From assembly GCF_009914755.1 (NCBI RefSeq), contig NC_060932.1: a DNA stretch of 64,000 nucleotides; one strand, 5' to 3'. A model generated the notes under the pieces. That model had not been told where the DNA came from and searched no databases. It worked only from the letters and a program-made list of their open reading frames with translations. Source of the DNA: the human T2T-CHM13v2.0 reference genome, Homo sapiens. Below, piece by piece: positions 26,900 through 43,419 of the stretch. Position numbers and translations under genes: made by a program. Within the stretch, counting starts at the first letter, position 1; every line of letters starts with the position of its first letter.

Positions 26900-27350
26900 A
26901 TGAAATACAATAGAAAAATGGTTGTAGAATACAGATAACTTAATGAATAAAACACAAATGTCCAACATATAAAGAACTCAACTTCACAAGTAAACAGGGA
27001 GACACAAAAGATAACAGTAGGTTTTCCTCATTCAATTGGCAAAAGTTAAAAAGTTTAGTAACATGTGTTGAAGAAGTTGGGAAAATAAATTCTCTCATAC
27101 ACTAATGATGGCAGTCATTTTGGAAGGCAATTTGGCAGACCATATTAAAGTGTAATGCAAACACATTATGATCTGACAACTCCTGAGAAATACATGCATA
27201 TGTTCACAAGACCACATGCATAAGGATGTTCGCTGCAGAGGTTTTAATAGTTAAAAAAAAAAAAAAAAAACTAAAACTAAAAACAACTATGATGTATTCA
27301 TACCATGGTATACTTTGCAGCAATTAAAAAGAATAAGGTGGATCTACGTG
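26900..27350 (+). mobile_element. L1ME-like fragment
   Basis: TTTTGGAAGGCAATTTGGCA and TACTTTGCAGCAATTAAAAAGAAT. Confidence 0.55.
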
Positions 27351-27394
27351 TTCTAAAATGAAAACAAAAAACATCCAAGGCAAACTAATGAGAA

Positions 27395-28420
27395 CTGTAA
27401 ATAATTCTTGGCAAACAACTCCATCCAAATTCTTGCTCTAAGAGCCTTGACCAACTCTAGCAAAGCTTCTAGTAGCCTAGCCCACCTCCACTCAGCCCTG
27501 GAATACCCAGCCTCCTTTTGAGCTCCAGTCTGTCTGGAGAAGTTCAGGGCTATCAAAAGAAGCTTACTGTTTATTCTAGCCAACACCTGACTGTAGGCCC
27601 CTAACCTTCCTTTCTTAGAGCACTAACTAAGAAGAGTTTACAATTGTAAATTCTTCCTCTGTCCCTTTGAGATGTGTATGTATCTCCTACAACTCAGCAG
27701 TGTCTTTCTCAAGAACCAGAAAGCCACTCCTTTGAAATGTAATCATCAGGAAGGTTTGGATCTCTGTGTCCCAGTCTCTGTGGAAGGACAGAATCCTAAT
27801 TTTGATAACTGTCAGCGAGCAGGCACACCTGACCCACTCACATTTACAATGACCAACTATCTTAGCCTGGAGCTGCTATAACAAAGTATCATAAACTGGG
27901 TGGCTTATAAACAACACAGGTTTATTTCTCGTGGTTCTGGAAGCTAGGAAGTCCAAGATAAAAACACCAGCAGATTTGGTGTCTGGTAAGGGCCCATTTC
28001 CTGGTTCTTAGATGACGCCATCTCAGTATGTCGTCACATGGTAGAAGGAACAAATGAGATCTCTTGGGCCTATTTTAAAGGGTACTAATCGCATTCATGA
28101 GGGCTCCACTCTCATACCTAATTACCTCCCAAAAGGCCCTACCTCCTAATATCACCACCTTGGGGGTTAGGATTTCAACATATAAATGTGGGGGAAAAAC
28201 AAACATTCAAACCACAGCACCAGCCCTTTGTAATTTTCACTTTCCTGACGCTACTTGAGCCCTCAGTTGCTCCCCTTCCGTACTCCCTCATTCTCCCTTT
28301 AAAAGGCCCAGTCATGACTGCACAAATCATGGAGCTCAGCTCTTTCCCCTATTGCCAGTGGTTACTGAATAAAATTTGTTTTTACCACTTTAATTGTCTT
28401 GATTTTTTTATTCACAAGTG
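27395..28420 (+). mobile_element. MER34/MER31-like ERV1 LTR, split by MLT1A
   Basis: CTCTGTCCCTTTGAGATG, TGAAATGTAATCATCAGGAA and 3' CTGAATAAAATTTGTTTTTACCACTTTAA. Confidence 0.55.
27858..28219 (-). mobile_element. MLT1A MaLR solo LTR
   Basis: GCTGCTATAACAAAGTATCATAAACTGGGTGGCTTATAAACAAC...CATTCAAACCACAGCA; 5-bp TSD CCAAC/CCAGC. Confidence 0.85.
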
Positions 28421-28548
28421 TCAAAGTTGTAAGCAGATAAATACTGAATAACACCATTTATTTGAAGCACAGCACCCACAATAACAGCTGAGTTGTATCT
28501 GCAGTATTTTAGATAGTTTTATGAAAAGAATGTATTTAGGTACATTAA

Positions 28549-28679
<131 letters not shown>

Positions 28680-30499
28680 TTAAGTACATTAATCTTAATG
28701 AATTGCATGAATTATTTTGAGGAAAACGTACTCATATTTGAAACTTTAGAACTCTTTTTTAAAATTAATGTAGATTGATGGATAAATATATAATAAAACA
28801 CATATAGCAAAATTTTAATTGTAGACTTGAGATGGTAGGTTTATGGGTGTTCAACACAAAATTCTTTCAACATTTATGTAAGATTTTTTAAAGTATCATA
28901 ATAAAATGTTCAAAAATTATCATTAAAAAGAAAACATAGCAAGTAGTGTATTTTAAACTCTTTAGCCATTAAAAATGTGCAAAGTTTGAACAAAGTTGAA
29001 TTACTAAAACTTAGATAAATTAGATATAATAGTAAAGAATAATTGTGGGGTAGGGGTGATTTTTTCCACAAACTCTTTTTAAGGCACAAAAAGTACAGTG
29101 ATTACAGAAATTTTTTCTGTATTTTAGGAGGTAGTCCAAAAGAGTCAAGATAAGAATTATATGCCTTATTAATCTTTGTCTTGGCCCAGTTCTCTGGCAA
29201 ACAGAGCCTGATTAAAATGCTGATGTTTCACTTGAGAGGTGCATACACAGGGCATCAAAGGTGAAGAGAAGGTAAACTGAGGCAAGAAAATATATAAAGC
29301 AAGGGAAAGTGCTGGCTACCATTTTACAACAAGCTATAAAAAAAATAGTAGGTCACTTAACAAATGCATCCACTTGGTGTACTCTTTGTGGAATGTCTCC
29401 TGATAGACTACAAAAAGAAACCATACCTCAGAGTAGTCCATGTGGGAAAAGAAATTTATCTGGCAGGTTCCCTCCTGTCTCCTATTTCCCACTGGTCAAA
29501 GTCCACCCTGAAGTACACTGTACTTCATTTTGTGTCATCTGGCCTTCACAGATGCTTAGGGTGCTACCTACAAGGATGTTGTGTGGCGTTATACCCAAGA
29601 TTGGAAGTGGCAGGAGGAGCCAGACCCTCCCAGAGTATGGTTCATAAACTTAGCTAGATGGTGGCCACCAAGGCATAGGGCCCTCATTCCTCAGATGAAG
29701 CAACTGGTTAGCCTCCAGTGGCAGCAGAAAATTCTACGAGGCAGATGGTGCCAAGGGACTCTGAAGGGGCACATAAGATTATGTTTGATATAATCACAAT
29801 GCAACATGAGAGGAAGATAAGACTTAAAAAAAAAAAAAATCTGTCACATAAAAATAGGGCAAAAACTAGGGTAAATCCAATCTCTAAGAGTTATTCTCAG
29901 TTACAGCATTTAAATATCTCACACTTCATCACTGTGCTTTGGTGGTGATATTCTGTGATGTTAAGCAGTCAAGACAATCAAAACCTAGGATTTAAGGACC
30001 TTGAAAACCCTCACAAAACCAAAGGAGTCAAATTATAAAATTTACTCCACCCATGCTACATGAATCACAGACCTACTCTATATAATCTAAATTTACATAT
30101 ATCTTCACAAAATAGCTCCCAGCTGTCTATTAAGGATCTCTGTTTGGCCAAGTCTTGTCCTTGGTGTAAAAATATGTTGAGCTAAAGGAGCCTCTCTGCC
30201 TCAGAAGCTGGCCTGCCCTTTAGATGAATTTTGTATACTGCAAACATTGCTAAGCTACTCTTATTTATTTTAGCCATTCTTTCACTTAATCATTTTATCA
30301 GTATAGTCAACATTATGTTTGCTGGTGGCGTCTCACAATATTCACTACACCACTCACTCATTGTGTTGCAGCCAGAAAATCTGGGTGAAATAACTCTCAC
30401 TTCTAAGGAAGGAGATGAAAAGTATGTGCCTGCTTCGTACACTGAGGATTCTCAGAAACTGGTAAGGATTCCTCTTCACGATGGCAAACTAAGACTGGG

Positions 30500-30862
30500 A
30501 TTAGAAAAACCCCTGGTCACAGGAAAGTGGTCAGCAATAGCACAAAGTTAGGAAATCTTATTTAGTGATTCTGAGTAGGAACCATCTGCCTGTCATGAGA
30601 TAGATGAGAAAAAGCGTGTGGCCACAGTAGTTGCTGGGATCCATCATTTAACATGAGTGGAGCCAGTCTAAGAATGCAACCCATCCTGCAGATGACAGAT
30701 GGAATAAATAGAAAGAAACTGGGCTCATGACAATATCCTTTAAACTGCTAGACCAGTCAGCCCTGAAGCCTGGAATTTCCAGTTATACATGCCAATAAAA
30801 ACCTTCAGTTATATAAGCTAGTATTTTTATCGATACTTGAACCAAAAGCATATTAGCTGATA
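30500..30862 (+). mobile_element. Old MLT1-type MaLR LTR fragment
   Basis: TTTCCAGTTATACATGCCAATAAA...ACTTGAACCAAAAGCATATTAGCTGATA resembles an MLT1 3' end. Confidence 0.5.
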
Positions 30863-31159
30863 TAAAAATATATTCTTTTTGGTTATTTTTTTCTTTCCCT
30901 TGTGTTTTCTTCTTTGCCTATGTTACCTTGCTCAAATTACCACTTCTCTGACATTTTGTTTTTAAATGAGGATTCAAATGAAAGACAAGATAGGAAGACA
31001 GTTCATTCTCCAAAAAGTAGAGGCTGAATGTCATTATTATTTCAACTATTCTATAGTTTTGGGTTTTTTTTGTCTTTCCATTGAGCTATGATTGTACCAC
31101 TGCACTCCACCCTGGGTGACCAAGCAAGATCCTGTCTCCTCCGCCCCACTCCCCCACCA

Positions 31160-31990
31160 AAAAGAAACAGGAGATAACAAATGTTGGCAAGGGTGTGGAG
31201 AACAGGGAACCCTGTACACTGTTAGTGGGAATGAAGATTGGTGCAGCCATTATGGAGGTTCTTCAGGAAATTAAAAATAGAACTACCATATGACCCAGCA
31301 ATCCCTCTTCTTGGCACACACCCAAAGGAGATGAAATCACCATCTCAAAAATCTGCACTCCCATGTTCGCTGCATCATGGGAGCACACACACATACACAA
31401 AATAGAATATCATTCAGCCTTAAAAAAGGAGACTCTGTCATTTGCCACAACATGGAAGGATGTGGATGACATTATGCTAAATGAATTAAGCCAGACACAG
31501 AAAGAAAAATACTGCATCTCACGTTATATGTGGAATGTTACTTTAAAAAAAAAAAAAAAAAGGCCAAACATACAGAGATTAAAAATAAAACAGTGGTTAC
31601 TAGAACAGAAAGGTGGGTTGGTGGGGGAGGAGGGAGAGGAAATCGGGAGATACGCGTCAGAGGATACAAGTAGTGGATATGTACGATGAACAAGTCTAGG
31701 GATCTAATATACAACATGAAGGCTATAGTTAATAAAATTGTATTAGGTACTTTGTTAAATAAGTAGATTTTAGGTGCTCTGGTCACACACAAAAAACAGT
31801 ATATGTGATGAGTAATATGTTAACTTGCTTCACTATATTACCATTTTACTGTCTCTATATATGTACGTGTGTGCACATGCATATACATACACACATGCAC
31901 GCACACACACACACACACACATACACACATATATATCTCCCATAACATCATGTTGTAAACCTCAGGTATGCACAATAAAATTTATTTTTA
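31160..31990 (+). mobile_element. L1MA 3' end with internal (CA)n/(TG)n tract
   Basis: AAAATAGAACTACCATATGACCCAGCAATCCC, CTGTCATTTGCCACAACATGG, CACAATAAAATTTAT. Confidence 0.85.
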
Positions 31991-32178
31991 AAATGTTTTA
32001 AATTGAGCTTTAATATTAGGTCTTATACCACACCCTTCCCCCCCGTCCCCCACCACACACACACACAGACAACCCTCTAGAACCCATGTTAATTAACTAC
32101 TGCCCAATATCCATATCATCAGGTTGTTGCCTCTTCCCTTGAGTGACCCATCTAAAAAATAATGCTCTATACTCTGGT

Positions 32179-32480
32179 GGCCAGGTGCAGTGGCTCACGC
32201 CTGTAATCCCAGCACTTTGGGAGGCAGAGACGGACGGACCACATGAGGTCGGGAGTTCAAGACCAGCTGGCCAACATGGTGAAACCCTGTTTCCACTAAA
32301 AAAATACAAAAATTAGTCAGGTGTGGTGGTGGGCACCTGTAATCCCAGCTACTCAGGAGCCTGAGACAGGAGAATCACTTGAACCCAGGAGGTAGATGTT
32401 ACAGTGAGCCAAGATCGCATCACTGCACTCCAGCCTGGGTGACAGAGTGAGACTCTGTCTCCAAAAAAAAAAAAAAAAAG
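32179..32480 (+). mobile_element. AluSx-like
   Basis: Full Alu; TCTATACTCTGG flanks both sides. Confidence 0.93.
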
Positions 32481-33459
32481 AAGGAAATGGTCTATACTCT
32501 GGAGAGAATTTGATAACCCAACCTCCTAGAAATAGCCCTGGATAACACCTCAGTAGTTTCAAACATCCTTCAGGATGATTTGGAAGGATGCATATGAGAG
32601 AGTCAATATTCAAATGACCAGGACCTTTTTTAGTACCTTTAGGACCTTTTTTATTCACTTCCATCCAAGGCAGGAATTCAAAAGAACAGTCCCAGTGTAT
32701 AGGTTTCCTCAAAAGCCCTTCTTAATCCTGACAACTAGGACAAGAACTAGAAGGCAAATTAGTTAGGGGAGAATTATCTTCAATGGTGTATTTTTGAAAG
32801 GAGAAAGGATACACCTATCATGTTTCCCCTTCTTCAGCAGACTGGACTACTGACTGTGTGGATCAGAAACAATGCTCATACGCCCAAAAATCATAAAACC
32901 TAATTTATTCCCTGACCCAAATCTTCATAAAAGAGCCCTAAAGGACAAAGGATGATCTCCTCAAAACTCAATTGTCTGTGGAGAATTTTCTATGGGGAAA
33001 AAGATATAGTGGCTCTGAATATTCAATATCTGATTCCTTGCAGTTATGTCTAGGTTGTTATATAAGGAAGTAAGAGCCACTAGAAAAGAAAACAGATTCA
33101 CCAATCAACTGGTCACAAATTTTTAAAAATCAGTTTCCATTCAAATGTCCCTTAAACCTCAACCATAATATCAAAGTCTCTTTGAGACTGCATGACAATC
33201 AACTACAAAATGAAACAGCAAATTTTGCAAAAGGTTGACATGATAGGTACTTGGAAAGAGACTGACCTGAATATCAAAGAATTTTAGGCCCCTAGGAAAA
33301 GTTAAGCAATCCACAAATATTATGCAAAAACCCTTTTTATGATGGGGCTAAAAGAGTCATACACAAACAAAAGAAGTTTTATCATGTCATAGTTTCTGTG
33401 AGAAAAAGTATAACTAACTTCTATTCAAATAAGCACTTTTAATAAGGATATAAAATCTC

Positions 33460-33687
33460 AGCCAGGCTCGTGCCTGTAATCCCACAATTTGGGAGGCCAA
33501 GGTGGGCAAATCACTTGGAGCCAGGAGTTCGAGACGAACCTGGCCAACATGGCAAAACCCCATCTCTACTAAAAATACAAAAATTAGCTGAGTGTGGTGG
33601 TGGACGCTTGTAGTCCCAGCTACGTGGGAGGCTGAGGAACAAGAAGTGCTTGAATCCAGAATGAGACTGTCTCAAAAAAAAAAAAAA
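33460..33687 (+). mobile_element. Alu with internal deletion in right arm
   Basis: TTGAATCCAGA joined directly to ATGAGACTGTCTC(A)n. Confidence 0.85.
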
Positions 33688-33719
33688 TTTACTATTAATT
33701 TTGGTCCCTTTTTGATAGA

Positions 33720-35340
33720 CTGGTTAAACAGAAATTAATAGGTAAATATATTTAAGATAACAATAACCAAATTTTTCACTATGAAAGAAAGGGCTGCAAA
33801 CTAAAATGAACCCTGGGGTACTATATTAGAATTGGAGGTATTGGTATGAGCTGATGGTTTTTAATATTTATAGATAAATATAGATGTAATCATATATAGA
33901 TTTTCGAGTTTTGACTGCTAGAAGAGCTAAAAGCAATAACACTGCAGTATCAATGAGTACACCTAGTGGTCAGTTCCTGGTTTTTAAATACACTTCTCCA
34001 CCAAAAAAGAACTAGGGCTCTTGAATGATTTCTACAGCTGGGGCAGGAAAGATCTTATTGTGCCGGAAGCACAAAAACGCTCAAAAACTGATGGGGATTG
34101 TCAAAAGGACACAGGAACCCTGGTAAAAGGATTCCCATTGGCCAAATCTGAGACAATCTGAGCATCATAATAAATGATAACAGATTATAACCCACTGAAT
34201 AAAACAGACATTTATGAATCCATAAAAATTAATTAACAAATAAATGGGGGAGAAGGGAAAGCTCTTCCTTGCAACAGAATGCCAACTAATAAATATAGAT
34301 GGAATGAGAAAACTAACATTTGGCAACAATTATAGTAATAAATTTCAAAGTAACTCTCCATAGATACTAATTTCAAAGGTAAAAATAATTTTATGGTGAA
34401 GAAACCCTGCTGACACCAATTTATCCAAATAATCAAACTTATTATCACCAGTAATGGGATAAATTGACATCATGTGCCTTCTGATTGATATACTAAGAAC
34501 TATTTCCGTGATATTTCTGCCAAAAATGTGTAAACTAAAACTAATTATAAGGAAATATCAAACAAACCCAAACTGATAAGCATTCAACAAATGATTGGCC
34601 TGTACTCCTTAAGTTAAAAAGTCACAAAATAGAAGCAAAGACTAAGAAAACGTTCCAGATTGAAGGCAACTAAAAGACACGATGACTAAATACAACACAT
34701 ATCCTGGTCTAGCAGGAAAAAAAAAAAGTTTATTCATTTTTAAATTTGTTTCTGCCATAAAGGACGTTGTCTTAGTCCATTCAGGCCGCTATAACAAAAT
34801 ACCATAAACTGGGTAGCTTATAAACAATAGAAATGTATTTCCCACAGATCTAAAGGCTGGGAAGTCCAAGATTAAGAAACTGGCAGATTCAGTGTTTGGT
34901 AAGGGCCTCCTTTCTGGTTCATAGATGGCACTGTCTCCTGTGTCCTCACATGGTGAAAGAGGAATGGCAACTCTCTGGGGCCTGTTTCACAGAGGAAATA
35001 ATCTCATTCATGAGGGCTTCACCCTCCTGGCCCAGTCACCTCCCAAAGCCCTCACCTCCTAATATTAATACCATCACATTAGTGCTTAGGTTTCTACATA
35101 TGAATTTTGGAGAAACAGAAACATTCAGACCATAGCATTGTATCAGTGTTAATATCCTGATTTTGACTGTTGTACTTCTGTACTTTATCATATAGCAGCC
35201 TGTCCTTGTTTAGGAAATACATACTGAAGAATTTCAGGTGATGGAGCACCATGTCAGTATCTTATTCTCAACTAGTACTGAAACATTACACATATACATA
35301 CAATACACACAAAAATGTTAAATTTGTGGAAGTTTTTTAT
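33720..35340 (+). mobile_element. L1MC 3' UTR, split by MLT1A
   Basis: AAAATGAACCCTGGGG...TTAGAATTGGAGGTATTGGTATGA and ATCACCAGTAATGGGATAAATTGACATCATGTGCC. Confidence 0.75.
34768..35137 (-). mobile_element. MLT1A MaLR solo LTR
   Basis: TGTCTTAGTCCATTCAGGCCGCTATAACAAAATACC...ACATTCAGACCATAGCA. Confidence 0.85.
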
Positions 35341-35351
35341 ACTATCCTTAA

Positions 35352-35652
35352 TTTTTTCTTTTTTCTTTTTTTGAGATAGAGTCTCGCTCTGTCACCCAGG
35401 CTGGAGTGCAATGGTGCTATCTCAGCTCACTGCAAGCTCCGCTCCTGGGTTCACACCATTATCCTGCCTCAGCCTCCAGAGTAGCTGGGAATACAGGCAC
35501 CCACCACCACGCCCAGCTAATTTTTTGCATTTTTAGTAGATATGGGGTTTCACTGTGTTAGCCAGGATGGTCTCGATCTCCTGACCTCATGATCCACCCA
35601 TCTCGGCCTCCCAAAGTGCTGGGATTACAGGCCTGAGCCACCACACCCAGCC
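35352..35652 (-). mobile_element. AluY-like, antisense
   Basis: GTTAGCCAGGATGGTCTCGATCTCCTGACCTC; TSD ACTATCCTTAATTTTTT. Confidence 0.92.
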
Positions 35653-36101
35653 TACTATCCTTAATTTTTTCTGTAATTTTTAAATAATCTTTAACATCAA
35701 AAAGTTTAAATTGAAAGCACAACAAAATAACACTGTTTAACTTAGATTGTCAAATATCAAAAATATGAATATATACTTACATATAGATTGAGCATCACAA
35801 TACATGATAAATGCACTCCTCACGCATTGGTGATGAGAGTATAAACCTGTACTAACCTCTGTAGAAGGCAATTTATCATTATCCATCAAAATGCTAAAGG
35901 CATATACCTTGTGACGAGTATCCTACTCCAAGGTATTTATGAACATAGTCTCCTATATGTATATATTATATAGATATTTATTGTAGCTCTATTTGTAATA
36001 ACAAAAGATCCCAAACAAACTAAATATCCATTATTAAGACATTGGTTAAGTACATTTGGCACATCCACACAGTGGAATTAGTTTTAAAAATAAGATAGTT
36101 C

Positions 36102-36406
36102 TGGCCGGGCACAGCGGCTCACGTCTGTAATCCTAGCATTTTGGGAGGCTGAGGTGGGCGGATCACTTGAGGTCAGGAGTTCAAAACCAGCCTGGCCAAT
36201 ATGGTGAACCCCTGTCTCTACTAAAAATACAAAAAAATTAGCCAGGTGTGATGGCAGGTGCCGTAATCCCAGCTACTCAGGAGGCTGAGGCAGAAGAATC
36301 ACTTGAACCCAGAGGCAGAGGTTGCAGTGAGCCGAGATCACGCCACTGCACTCCGGCCTGGGTGACAGAGCAAGACTCCGTCTCAAAAAAATAAATAAAT
36401 AAATAA
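36102..36406 (+). mobile_element. AluSx-like
   Basis: Full Alu with TAAA tail. Confidence 0.93.
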
Positions 36407-36543
36407 GGTAGTTCTAAATGCATTGACAAAAAGATTTCAGTGATATACTGTTGCAGTAAAAATGCAATGTATAGAACAAGGAAGCTAGTGAACAATTATT
36501 TAGATGGAGAAAAAAATATATATGTATACAAATATGTTTCTAG

Positions 36544-36974
<431 letters not shown>

Positions 36975-37029
36975 TGAGTTTTTTACCATGTGCATGCATT
37001 ACCTTTTAAAAAAAAAAAAAAGTCACAAG

Positions 37030-37320
37030 GGATTACATATTGCATGATTCTCATTACATCGCATATCCAGAATAGGTAAACCCATAGAGACAGAAAGCAA
37101 ATTAGTGGTTGCCAGGGGCTGGAAAGAGAGGAGAGAAAGAGAGTGACTATTTAATTGATCTGGGGTTTCTTTTTAGAGAAAAATGCTCTGGAACTAGATA
37201 GAAGTGACAGTTGTACAACATTGTAAATATGCTAAATGCCACTTAATTGTATACTTTAAAATGATTAAAATGGTGAATTGTATGTTATGTATATTTTATC
37301 ACAATTAAAAAACAAACATT
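37030..37320 (+). mobile_element. L1M 3' end
   Basis: CATAGAGACAGAAAGCAAATTAGTGGTTGCCAGGGGCTGG...TATCACAATTAAAA. Confidence 0.8.
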
Positions 37321-38430
37321 TATGAATACAAATAAAACCAATAAAATATTTTAAAATATATTAGTTTCATGATAGTAATATTTTGCTAAGTTTAAACTGC
37401 TAATTACAATATAAATATGATACCAACAGATTTGACACACATCTTTTTTTATCCAATAGGGGATGAGATGGCTTAATTCATTCACCATCCCTATTTGAAT
37501 ATGGGAAACCTTCATTTGGCAAGAGTATACCACTTATACAGTTGTTTACTTGTTCTCATCTGCAGGCATAAAATCTTGTAATGGCACTCAATTATAAGGC
37601 AGCTATCCAAAAGATCTAGCACGAGCGTATACACTTTTATTCATATCATTTAAAAGAAAACACAAAAGTCTAACTTATCTGAGAATTTATAAACCCTTGA
37701 GAATATGCCCAACCATCTCCAAGGACCTAAGACCCACTTAAGAAACATTTAGCTAACTTCTCCAATGGGGAAAGATTTTTATCACTCCCCTGTTATACCT
37801 TTAATCTTCCACTCTTCACTACCTTTTTCCTCTCAGCCTACAACATACTACCTGAAAACAAAAACACAACAAAACTCTCTAGCCCCCTACCATTCCTCGA
37901 GATACTACTTCCTTCACTACCGAATTTATTTATTTACTTACAAACTTTATTTACATACTTACTCGCATTCACTTCCTCCACTGGCCTATTTCCATTCATC
38001 ACATATCCATTACAGCATGACTTTTGTTCCAAAACACTTGTGAAATTATTCTCTCAAATATTACCAGAGCCTGCAAACTATAATGTTCCAATAGCCTCTT
38101 TGTGGCTACTTGACTTCCCTGAAGCACTCTGAAGCCAAAGACAGCCAAGAGACTCAACTAGAGAAAACTGTAAGTTTCTCAGGATCTCTTTGTTCAGTCA
38201 CAAAACATTTTTAAATCTATATAGTTTGATTTAAAACCTTAACAAGAGAACATTCCTGCCTTTGCATGTCACAGTTTTGTGAAGGAGATTCAGGTAAACA
38301 GATAACAGAAGATGGCATAGTCTCCTCTCACAGTTCTTCAGAATGAGAAAGAATCAGAAAGAATAAAAAAACTTTCTCTTTTTCTAAAGAAACTATATAG
38401 CTCTGAATACCCAAGAGATCTGGGGCTTCC

Positions 38431-38846
38431 TGTATTTATTTCTGAGACTCCTGTAACAAACTGGGTGGCTTTAAACAACAGAATTTATTCTCCCACAGTC
38501 TGGAAACCAGAAGTCCAAAATCAAGGTGGCAGCAGGGCTATGCTCTCTCTGAAGGTTCTAAGGGAGAATCTTTCTTTGCTTCTTTCTAGCCCCTGGTGGT
38601 TTCCAGCAATCATGGGTGGTTATTCCAATCTCTGCTTCCACCATCACATGGTCTTTTTCCCTCTGTGTTTCTATCTCTTTCTTCATAAGGACACCAGTCA
38701 TTAAATTTAGGGTCTATCTTAATCCAGTATGACTTTATCTTGATTACATCTGCAAAGACCCTATTTCCAAATAAGTTCACATTCATAGGTACCAAGGCTT
38801 AGGACTTTAACATATATCTTTAGGAGACACAATTGAAGCCACTACA
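38431..38846 (-). mobile_element. MLT1B/C MaLR LTR
   Basis: CTGGGTGGCTTTAAACAACAGAATTTATTCTC...ATTACATCTGCAAAGACCCTATTTCCAAATAAG...GCCACTACA. Confidence 0.8.
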
Positions 38847-41108
38847 TTTCCCCTCTCCCAGAATTTGGTTTTTGAAAGCCCAGGGTCAAAAGTACTGAAC
38901 TGGATTGTTCATGAAAAGAAACACCTGTGGAGCTTGGATCAAAAAAGATAGAAGTGGGTCCTATGGCCATTCTACCACAACCCCCAAAGAAATCACATTC
39001 CCTAAGCTTTGGGGGAAGTCATTAGTGGTAGACCTACATCTTCATTCTCACACAAAGGATATTATCTGTAAACACGCAGTGTTATGAAGAGACTCAAAGT
39101 GTCCCGTGAATTCAAGAAAGTGAAAATGTACTTATCAGGGCTCTTTCAGTTGAAAGAGAAACCAAACTGAAACTAGCTTAAGCAAAAATGACATTAACAA
39201 TGAACTAAATATTATGAATTACTATTAATCCTGTTTGGTATAATAACAATGTGTGGTTATGCAGGAGAAAACATTTATTTCAAGAAATACACACTTAAGT
39301 GGCTAGAGGTAAAGTGGCATGATATGTGCAACTTATTTTCAAAAGGTTGAGGGGAGTGCATCTACATAGAGAAAAAGAGAGAAAGCACACAAATGAGGCA
39401 AAATGTTAGTAACTGGTGAGTTTAGGATGTTAATTGCGTCATTCTTTCAACTCGAGAGTTTGTAGGCATATTTCAAAATAAAAAGGTGATGGGGAAAATG
39501 ACATATGTTATTTAACTGGGACATACAGATTTGTAGTTCATTTCAAGGTGGATTAGATCAAGAATGAAAAAGATGTGAAAGGGTGAGTGGATACTAAACA
39601 GGTCTCTCATCTCTATGCTTTTCTATATGCTACATCCCTCTCCAACAATCCACCATAGAGAACAAAACATTTCTCACAAAGCTTTTTTCCCCAATTTAAC
39701 CTCTTTCTGAACAAGAAACAGGAGGGTATCAGGAGGTTGGCACAGGTTCTCCAGTCCACTGAATGTACTAATCAGAGAAAGGATTACGGGATTAGGAGTT
39801 GAGTAAGTTAACTCCCTCTTTATTTTATCTTAACTCTTAACTCCCTTCTCAAATTTAGCAGGGAAGAGAATGAGAAACTATGGTAGAATACAAATAAAGC
39901 CCAAGATTAGTAACATAAAAGGTATTATATTCCAGAGTCTAAATGTCATTTTCTGATGAAGAAATTAGAAAAGAACTGGGCATACATGGATCATTTTCTA
40001 CCTCGGGCTTAAAGTAGAAAAGAAAATCTGGGAAAACAGAATAGTCACCTAACAAGGATGGAAGCAAGGAAGGAGGAAGTGGGGAAAATAGGGAGGAAAG
40101 AAGGGAGAGCAAGTCAGTAAGATAGAGCAGAGCTAAACTGCCATGCCCAGAGCTGTTCCTAGGGATCCTCCTATACTGAATCAGCTCAAAAAGTCTTTCT
40201 CCACCTTGTTCTGACACCAGTCACAGCTTTTGAAAAGTTATGAGGAGCACATAAATGGCACCAAGATAATGGCCAGTTAGGTAAATACAGAATTCCTTTC
40301 TGTCCCGACAAGATACAAACCCATTCACAGGTAAAATTCATTAATCATCAGGAAGTCCAAGAACTTCCTTCAAAATGGTGCTTAGGGCACTTTGTTGATT
40401 TGCACTGGTATCATAAGGATGGCAGTTACTATTCTGTAGCCCAACAGATGGGGCCGGCTGGCTGAATCTGTTCATTCAACCAAAACATGAATAAAATGTA
40501 ATTTGGAAAAATACAGTCTAATGATGGCTTTCACAAGACCAAATAAACATCTATGAACCATCTTAATTATTTTTTTAGTTACCTAACAAATAGTGTTCTC
40601 TTACATATACAAAAAGAACCATAATCATTATTTTAACTCAGTTCAACAATAGAGGGATGGAGCATTTGTTAAATGCTTGGTTTTCATGCAAGTATGTATC
40701 ATAATAATTCAACTCTGATTTGAAGTACTCCAGACTCTAATGAATTAACAAGTAACTAATTTCAAGTTCAACTCTCCAATTTTAGTCCTATTAACATGCT
40801 TTTTAGAAAAAAAATGTATAAATCCTATCTTTAAACACAATCTTGGTTCTTGAGGAAAAGATCACATTTGACCAAGTTTATAATAAACAGTCTTAAGCAT
40901 ACATCTACTATAAAGCACTTTAATCACACAGTTATTAATCCAATCACTAAAGATAAATTATGACAACAAAAAACCTGAACTACCAACAATGTAGTGGTAT
41001 TACATCAACAATTTTCTAATATAACATATTCATTCTTAAAACATCATTTAAAGAATACTGTAATACTATTGGTCAAGCATAAACCTTATCAATAAAAAGC
41101 AGTCTTAC

Positions 41109-41277
41109 CTGTATGAGGTGGATCTAATGTTGCCAGTGTAGGTGCTTCAAAACAATATTTTCCACTGCAATTATCTCTGTTATTGATTTCTCTAGTACTT
41201 TCTTCACTAGGCAGATTTAAACTGCATATTCTAAGATCATTTTGTGACGGGAGAAAGGTGTTATTAATTGCAACACC
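41109..41277 (-). CDS. RAD54B: RAD54B exon 3 (169 nt, ends in phase 1)
   Basis: Acceptor TTTCTTTTAG|GGT and donor ACAG|GTAAGA. Translates GVAINNTFLPSQNDLRICSLNLPSEESTREINNRDNCSGKYCFEAPTLATLDPPHT, in frame with exon 2. Confidence 0.93.
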
Positions 41278-41409
41278 CTAAAAGAAACAAATATATATTT
41301 AAATCAGAAATCAAACCTAATTTTCTGTATTTTCTGTATTTTTACATAAAAGATTCTAATTTAAAACAGGACATACTGGTTATATATATAAACTAGAACT
41401 AGATATTTA

Positions 41410-41718
<309 letters not shown>

Positions 41719-42000
41719 TTAACTAATTAATTAAAATCTAATTTTTATTGCTTGTTTTTAGAACTATTTTAAATTATGCTACTAAAACTGAATGATATGA
41801 CAGAATGAAAAATTATGCTTATAATTATAGTGTATTTTAAACATATCAGAAGTTTTTAAACAAATCATAACATGCCATTCTCATAATAAAATGCTCTTTT
41901 TCTTGTTAAATTTCTCAATACTAAAATCAATACTTAAATATTTTTAGGTGAGATAATGGTAATCTCACTATGTTGGGTTTTTTTAACAAGCCCCCACCTC

Positions 42001-42291
<291 letters not shown>

Positions 42292-42333
42292 TTAAAAAGC
42301 TCTTATATTTTAGGGACATATTCTAAAAATTTA

Positions 42334-43337
<1,004 letters not shown>

Positions 43338-43419
43338 TCATACATTTTCAATTGTTGAAGTTAGGTAATATGGACAAGGAAGTTCATTATGTGCTATTTT
43401 CTCTTTTTTTTGTATATGT